Translations under genes and position numbers: made by a program
The notes under the pieces: generated by a model
What the model was told of the DNA's origin: nothing
The model's input: only the letters and a program-made list of their open reading frames with translations
Databases searched by the model: none
In this document: positions 58,027 to 64,000 of the stretch, in pieces
How positions within the stretch are numbered: position 1 is the stretch's first letter
Layout of the letters: each line of letters starts with the position of its first letter
DNA from: an uncultured Chloroflexia bacterium
GTDB taxonomy: Bacteria > Chloroflexota > Limnocylindria > Limnocylindrales > CSP1-4
Reading direction: 5' to 3'
Assembly (NCBI GenBank): GCA_963731635.1
Contig: CAVSWB010000001.1
Span: 784,691 to 848,690 of the forward strand
DNA length: 64,000 bases

Positions 58027-58251
58027 CCTGGGCCAGCCCCGGTTAGCTCGACACGACCAGGTCATGGTGTCGAGGAAGCCCAGAATCGCTGTCAAAGCCA
58101 GAGCGCTTCAAATCGTCACGGATGTGCAGTGACAGGCGTCAGGTGCGCGACAAGAAGATTGGGACCCACCGAGATAGAGTCACGCGAGTCTTTCGCCTGG
58201 AAATGCCCGGCCGCCAACTCGCCACTTGACCAGCCAAACGGAGACGCAAAT

Positions 58252-58923
58252 ATGGCAGGGGAGATTCGCCAGCCAACGCTAGGGCAACGCATCTCAAGCC
58301 ATGGAACCCGCTTCTTCATCGTCCTCGCTGCGGCGGCCGCACTCGGGGCCATTCTGGCGATCGCGGCCCTCTGGCCGAGGGCGCCGCTTGGACTTGCCTC
58401 GATCCCTCAGACATCTTTCTCATCAAGCCCGGTTAATGCGACCTCGACCACCGTCGGGCCGTCACTTACTCCCAGCCCAGAAGCCTCGCGCACGCAGCCA
58501 GCATCGAGCCAGACGCTGGCGACTCCATCTGCGACATCGATCCTCACCGGCTCTCCGCGACCTGGAGACGAGGCGATGGCACTCTCCGTGGCAACGAAGT
58601 ATCAAACCCTGATAAAGCAGGGCGCCTATGCGGAAGCGTGGGCGATGCTATCGCCAGAGGACCGTGCGGCATGGCCCTATGGCGAATTCCAGGCCGATTG
58701 GGAAGCCACGAGGATTTCATGGGGCTTGGATTTCACCGTTGGTGTCCCGACTCATGATTGGCAAAGCTGGAATGCGGACTTGCCGACGGTATGCATCGGC
58801 GACTACGCCCGTGCTTTTCTTATCCGGGTCGACTACCCAGCCCAGCACCTTCCCTCGGGGTGGACCATGCTGCTAACGATGCCCGCCAGCTCCGGCAACT
58901 GGGAAGTCTGCCGTGCACGATAG
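58252..58923 (+). CDS. Membrane-anchored protein with Ser/Thr/Pro linker and NTF2-like extracellular domain
   Basis: One TM, linker, 'YAEAWAMLSPEDRAAWPYGEF'. Confidence 0.55.
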   Translation: MAGEIRQPTLGQRISSHGTRFFIVLAAAAALGAILAIAALWPRAPLGLASIPQTSFSSSPVNATSTTVGPSLTPSPEASRTQPASSQTLATPSATSILTGSPRPGDEAMALSVATKYQTLIKQGAYAEAWAMLSPEDRAAWPYGEFQADWEATRISWGLDFTVGVPTHDWQSWNADLPTVCIGDYARAFLIRVDYPAQHLPSGWTMLLTMPASSGNWEVCRAR

Positions 58924-59068
58924 TGCGCTTAGACCTGTCCGCACCCTGGCGCTTGTGCTCGAGCAGCGGTTGGACGAGCCGCCAACGCCAGTTTGACCTG
59001 CTAGTATCTCCGAGCTGGTCTCGACCGGTAGCGGGGGCTGCCGCGTGACCTTCAAGGGGATCCCTGGC

Positions 59069-60199
59069 ATGAAGCTCCGTCTTCAGGTCTTGCCTATCTT
59101 TGGGCTAGTACTCGGACTAGGACTCGCCTCACCTGCGTCGACCGCCGCGGCGATCACTACTCCGATGTCAACCGGTGGCTTCGTCGCCGGTCCGATGGGC
59201 CCCGACCTAACGCCTTCAAATTCGGGTCGGCTCGCCTCTGTACAGGCAGGACTCATCCACCTCGACCCGACGACAAGAAAGGCTGTTGTAGACCAGGCCG
59301 GTTCTGTGAGCGCTATGGCGCTCCGAGCGTCAGCCCAAGCGTACACGAGCTTCCTTCTCTTCAACGACTACACCAAGAGCTTCCTCGAGTCCCAGGGAGA
59401 CTCGGAACGGGACGACGCCGGCACGTCCTACACGGACGACAACTATTGGAACTTCTGCCCCGCTGGGGCGGCAACAGTTGCCATGATGTATGCGGGAGCA
59501 TCATCGCCGGTAACACCAAATCCGATCAACATGACCGGTTCGTTTATTGAGCCGGTCTACAGTGTCAAACGGGTCACGACGGCATGGAACGCCTCTGATA
59601 ATGATTACCTTAGTCCCCATTACCTGACGCGCGGACGAGCCTACATCATGTATATGGCGGAACGGGTCCAACCGGCGGCGCCGACGAGTTCGTACTTCAA
59701 CCATACCTACCAGGGCGCCACAGGCAATTACCCAGGAATGCTTGACTTCTCCACCTACCCAACGGCAGGTGGGCGCAACCTCTATTCCGTTCGCGATGCT
59801 CTGAACTGGGAGACGTCGGCCCACAGTCTCTACGGCAACTGGGTGGGCTACTTTTGGGCCATCCAGGCAGCGAGTGGTTCGCGCTTCAGCCAGGCGCAGC
59901 TACATACGGATGTGGTTAATCTCACCGTCAATAGTGGTGTCCCAGTCGTCGTTGCTCTAGATGCCCAGTACCTTACATACAATTCGGGCACCGGATATGG
60001 CAATTGGGGCAACCCAGGCAAAGTGACCGGACACGCAATCTCGATTATCGGATACGACGACACGGCAGGCACCTACAGCTACATCGACACATGTGGCGCC
60101 AGATGCAGCGGCGGTCCATTTAACGGCGGCGTTCACACCATCACGCAGTTGCAGATGTTTAGTGCGATTAGGGGCTTCGGCTGGGGTTACATCTACTAG
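59069..60199 (+). CDS. Secreted papain-fold (C39-like) cysteine peptidase
   Basis: Signal peptide; 'NFCPAGAATVAM' (Cys), 'GHAISIIGYD' (His), 'YIDT' (Asp). Confidence 0.7.
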   Translation: MKLRLQVLPIFGLVLGLGLASPASTAAAITTPMSTGGFVAGPMGPDLTPSNSGRLASVQAGLIHLDPTTRKAVVDQAGSVSAMALRASAQAYTSFLLFNDYTKSFLESQGDSERDDAGTSYTDDNYWNFCPAGAATVAMMYAGASSPVTPNPINMTGSFIEPVYSVKRVTTAWNASDNDYLSPHYLTRGRAYIMYMAERVQPAAPTSSYFNHTYQGATGNYPGMLDFSTYPTAGGRNLYSVRDALNWETSAHSLYGNWVGYFWAIQAASGSRFSQAQLHTDVVNLTVNSGVPVVVALDAQYLTYNSGTGYGNWGNPGKVTGHAISIIGYDDTAGTYSYIDTCGARCSGGPFNGGVHTITQLQMFSAIRGFGWGYIY

Positions 60200-60226
60200 T
60201 CCCGCCCGAGAAGTCAGGCCGCTTGT

Positions 60227-60259
60227 TGGTAGCGTCTCGGTCATCATGAGACGCTACCA
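60227..60259. terminator. Perfect 12-bp hairpin downstream of the peptidase gene
   Basis: TGGTAGCGTCTC-9 nt-GAGACGCTACCA; no U-tract. Confidence 0.55.
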
Positions 60260-60519
60260 GGTGCGGCCGCGATGTCCCGAAACCCAACGTGTTGGAGCGC
60301 GAGCACGGTGGTGGAAATCGTGCGTGTTTGGCCAGAATGGTCGAGTCGCTTCGGTTTCGAGTAGCTGGCATTCGCTGGCAGTCGCGGCCGCGGTCCTGCC
60401 CGACTCCTATCAGACTGGGCTGCGCCCTACAACGGACATTGACCGTGGCTGGTTCCTGTGTCGTGGTTCACTCGTGACCCAAGGAGGGAATACAGATGGC
60501 TGACAAGAAGCCCAGCAAG

Positions 60520-61033
60520 GCCGATGGTGTAGGCGAAGCCGGCGTCGGTCCAGACATACGTGAGGTCAGCGAGCCAGAGCCGATTGGGCCCCGATGCGGT
60601 GAAGCTGCGCTCGACGAGGTCGGCCGGTCGGGAAGCCTGATCGTCGGGTTTGGTCGTCCGGATCGTCTTTTCCCGCGTGACGCCCTGCAGTGCCACGGCC
60701 TTCATCAGGCGGGCGACCTGGTCGCGGCCAGCGTCCATGCCAGGCGGTGGAGGGCCTTCCAGACCTTGCGGGCCCCGTATACCCCGAAGTTGGCCCGGTG
60801 AACGCGAATGATGACGTCTTTGAGCATCGAGTCAGAAACGGCCCGCGCCGATGGGGGCCGACTGCGAGCGGCGTAGTAGGAGCTGGGGGCGATCTGCAGT
60901 TCAGCGCAGATCGGCTCGACCCCATAGGAGCCACGGTTCTGATCGATGTAGCGGGTCACTTCTGCGAGCGGCGGTCGAGCTCCGCCCCGAAGAAAGCTGC
61001 GGCGCTCTTGAGGATCTCGTTGGAGCGGCTCAG
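60520..61033 (-). pseudogene. Truncated IS3-family transposase (orfA end + orfB start)
   Basis: 'NEILKSAAAFFGAELDR', 'YGVEPICAELQIAPSSYY', 'YGARKVW', 'PNRLWLADLTYV'; ends before the DDE core is complete. Confidence 0.85.
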
Positions 61034-61212
61034 CAAGGCGGGAAGGGATCTTCAGAACCCGCGAACATCCGAGAAGCGCGAGACCCAAGCAGCGAAGACC
61101 CTCCAGAAGGGCGCAAAGAAGAAATAGGAAGGGCTAGCGTTTTCCGTCTAGCGAGTGGAGCAGATGGTTGCCAGCATCGTCGTTTCCTAGGCATGCCCTG
61201 TGGGTCGTTGCG

Positions 61213-61629
61213 ATGCGTAGACTCGCGTGGTTGGTCGTCGCGGTCGGGCTTATCGGTTTCGGCTGCACCAACGTCGGCCCCGGCCCGGAGGGGCTGGGTC
61301 CAGAACCATCGCGCGGTCTTGCCTTGGCTGACCGAATCGAGGCCACCGGCCGGGCGACTGACTGGTATAGCTTGCTTGTAATCGAGGATGGGAAGCCAAA
61401 GGTTTCCGTTTATGGCGCCGGAGACAACAACGGCGTCGACCTTCCCGGCGGTGAGGCTTGGGTCTTCATCGACTCGAGCGCGACCGAAGCCCTCGCGACG
61501 AGTGTGTGTGCCGCGGTTGCCGCGGTCGTAAACGACCCGACCCAGGGTCCGTCGCTATCGCTGACAGACATTTGGGTCTATCGCGGCACAGCCGCGCGGG
61601 TCCAGTGCTTCCCCCCGCAAAAGCCCTGA
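61213..61629 (+). CDS. Putative lipoprotein
   Basis: 'MRRLAWLVVAVGLIGFGC' lipobox-like signal. Confidence 0.55.
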   Translation: MRRLAWLVVAVGLIGFGCTNVGPGPEGLGPEPSRGLALADRIEATGRATDWYSLLVIEDGKPKVSVYGAGDNNGVDLPGGEAWVFIDSSATEALATSVCAAVAAVVNDPTQGPSLSLTDIWVYRGTAARVQCFPPQKP

Positions 61630-62078
61630 CCTTCCGGAGCTCCCCGCCTGGAGAGCAGAACTGGACTTACCAAAGCCAATCGTGGCCGGAGGTGCGGCGA
61701 ACGAGCCTCAAAGGGAGTCGGCCTGGAGGTGGCCGCAGCCAGATGAATGAACTCCGCGGGCCAAAGACCATCGCTCAGGCACGACGCAGCCATCGTGTCG
61801 TGGCCACCAACCGGGTTATCCGGACCGTCGAGCGTCGCCCTCCAAGATCCGCGCCAATGGTCGGAATCTGAGGGCGGCACGGCGTAGAGTGACGGCGCGT
61901 CCGGCAACGGATGCGCATTCCACGGAATTCGCCCACTCAGTCCACGCTGAATTCGCCCGGTCGTTCCGCGGGTTTTCGCCCACCCTCGGAGGCCGCGCCA
62001 GCGGCCGACGCGAAGCGTCAGCGCGTCCCCTTGATCATCACCTCCTTCTCGATGTGTAGCGGATAGTCTGACACGCGG

Positions 62079-62843
62079 TCAGCGGCCATCAGGGTTGGTT
62101 TCGACGGGCCGCTGCGGCTCGGCGCGGCGCATCGACTCGCCGGCCAGCTCGATGCGATGGGCGCCATGGAGGAGCCGGTCGAGGATGGCATCGGCGACGG
62201 TCGGTTCGCCCAGATGCTCATGCCAGAGCGCGACCGGTAGCTGGCTCGTGACGATCGTGGCCCGCAGATCGGAGCGATCCTCGATGACCTCGAGGAGATC
62301 GGCCGCCTGGGCATCGGTCGCGGGCTGCATGGCGAAGTCGTCGAGCACGAGCACGTCGCTTCGAGCCCAGGTCGCGAGGAGCTTTCGGAAGCGCCCGTCG
62401 AGTCTCGCGGTCGCAAGCTCGGTGAGCGCTCGCGGCGTCCGCAGGTAGAGGGCGGAGTGGCCGGCCCGGATCGCGGCCACGGCCAGGGCGCAGGCGAGAT
62501 ACGTCTTGCCGACACCGGTCGGTCCGACGATAAGGACCTGCTCATGGGCCGCCACCCAGCGCGACGCCGCCAGATCGAGCAGCACGCCGCGGTCGAGCCC
62601 CCGGCTGGCTCGGAAGTCGACGTCCTCGATCGAGGCCGAGATCCGGAGCTTGGCGGCCCGGAGGTAACGCTCAAGGCGACGGTTCTCGCGTTCGGTCGCC
62701 TCCCGGTCGACCAGGAGGCCGAAGCGGTCCTCGAACGAGAGCGGGCCATAGGTGGTCGGCTGTTCACGCTGTTCGGCAAAGGCATGGGCCATCCCGGAAA
62801 GGTTGAGCGCATACAGCTTGTCGAGCGTCGGGTTGGGCAGCAC
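62079..62843 (-). CDS. istB: IS21 helper ATPase
   Basis: GPTGVGKTY, 'LVLDDF', 'ADAILDRL'. Confidence 0.94.
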   Translation of the reverse strand: MLPNPTLDKLYALNLSGMAHAFAEQREQPTTYGPLSFEDRFGLLVDREATERENRRLERYLRAAKLRISASIEDVDFRASRGLDRGVLLDLAASRWVAAHEQVLIVGPTGVGKTYLACALAVAAIRAGHSALYLRTPRALTELATARLDGRFRKLLATWARSDVLVLDDFAMQPATDAQAADLLEVIEDRSDLRATIVTSQLPVALWHEHLGEPTVADAILDRLLHGAHRIELAGESMRRAEPQRPVETNPDGR

Positions 62844-62857
62844 AGCGAGTTCTCCTC

Positions 62858-64000
62858 TCACTCGTAGTAGGCGGGGCCGCGGACGTTGGCGTGTTCGCGG
62901 CGCGGAAGCGATAGAGTCGGCGACGGTGCCGGCAGCGGTTGACGGTCGAGTCCGGCGCGCAGGATCGCCTCGACGCTTCGATACGTCGGGGCATCGATCG
63001 CGAGGGCTCTCGCGCAGGCGGCCTCGAGACGCTCGGAGTCATAGCGACGCCCGAGCCGGATGATCCCAAGGCAGCTTCGATAGCCGAGCTCTGGGTGGGG
63101 CCGGCGAGCCATGAGCGTGGCCACCAGGTTTGCCGCCGCCGGCCCGGTTTGCGCGGCCCAGCCGATCAGGCGTTCGGGCGTCCATTGCGCATGTTGGCGG
63201 TGGGAAAGGGGCATGTGCGCCGGGTCGGTCGTGGCTTTGTAAGGCTCGAAGGAACGGACGTGGCTTGCCACCCGGCGGCCCCGGACGAAGAACTCGACGG
63301 TTGACGCGCTGATCCGGACGTCGGCCGTCTCGTGGATGAGCTGGTATGGCACGCTGTAGTAGTGGCGATCGACTTCGACGTGGTAGTCGATGTTGACCGT
63401 GGCTTTGCGCCAGACCCCGGACTCGAACGGCCGGTCCGGCAAGTGGCCGCAGGGCCGGTCGATCCAGGGCCTCGAAGAGGCTCCGTCGCGAGCCGGCGAG
63501 CTTGCGGAACGGCCGCGCATTCAGCCAGTCGAGTCGTTCGCGAATCGCCGCGTTCGCCTCCGCGAGCGAGAAGAACGTCCGGTTCCGAAGGCCCGCGAGG
63601 ATCCAGCGTTGAGCCACCTGCACGGCGGCCTCGGCCTTGGCTTTGTCCTTGGGCTTTCGTGGCCGAGCCGGAATGACCGCGGTGCCGTAGTGGTCTGCCA
63701 GATCCTCGTATGTTCGGTTGAGATCGGCCTCGTAGCGGTTGGCCTTCTTGACTGCCGAGTGGAGGTTGTCCGGGATGAGCAGTGCTGGGACCCCGCCCAG
63801 GAAGTCGAAAGCAGCGAACGTGGGCTCCGACCCAGTCGGGCAGCTTCTGGCTCGGAATGGCTTCGGCATACGTGTAGCTCGACGCTCCCAGGGCGGCCAC
63901 GAATAGTTGGGCGTGGCTGATCACCCCTGTGTGGCGATCGACGATCGGAATCGTCGAGCCCGCGAAATCGATGAAGAGCTTCTCGCCGGCGCGGTGCTCC
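62858..64000 (-). pseudogene. istA: IS21 transposase with two +1 frameshifts (~63830, ~63445)
   Basis: '[15 protein letters not shown]', 'PDNL', '[11 protein letters not shown]', 'HYYSVPYQL' are spread over three frames. Confidence 0.85.

Larger units (their letters stand above)
61912..64000 (-). mobile_element. Second IS21-family (IS408-like) element, runs off the window end
   Basis: Terminus TGCGCATTCCAC with three (GAA/GTT)TTCGCCC repeats; istB and istA. Confidence 0.88.

Noticed and set aside
61034-61127. Lys/Arg-rich 'KAGRDLQNPRTSEKRETQAAK...' ORF end as a functional gene
   Set aside because: The 5' part is replaced by the IS3 remnant; it is too short to assign.

Overview
High-GC bacterial chromosome segment. 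The protein styles suggest Chloroflexota (e.g. Limnocylindria) or an actinobacterium; this is inference only. All family names come from motif recognition by eye, not from a database search. 1-27 kb is mostly intact housekeeping and envelope genes: a GT39 glycosyltransferase with a two-component system, RDD, M24 peptidase, ZIP, two ECF sigma/anti-sigma pairs, DODA-MarR-LUD, a Znu-type ABC transporter with a Fur/Zur-like box, TelA, HAD, hemerythrin-kgd and GH5. 27.5-37.6 kb is a partly decayed metal/oxyanion cluster (DsrE, OsmC, TusA, ChrA, CDF, Acr3, VIT1, NRAMP) mixed with gene fragments. Two divergent gene pairs (near 20.3 kb and 27.8 kb) are fused head-to-head by deletion. A tRNA-Arg(UCG) at 37857-37932 has its 3' part duplicated at 49005-49052. 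This defines an approx. 11-kb integrase-less island, followed by a second related element that runs past the window end. Both att junctions carry arrays of a motif (GAGTCAGATGCCC) that matches the tRNA anticodon-stem half-site, and further tRNA-antisense copies lie upstream of the tRNA. Island cargo: two RanBP2-zinc-finger/TM/DUF922 protease paralogs, large secreted repeat proteins, a DUF6036 nucleotidyltransferase + wHTH pair, a HipA remnant, a class II Fic gene with a four-site operator, a PD-(D/E)XK-like protein, a C39-like peptidase, two IS21 elements and an IS3 remnant. Several single-base frameshifts look like sequencing indels and should be checked against reads.
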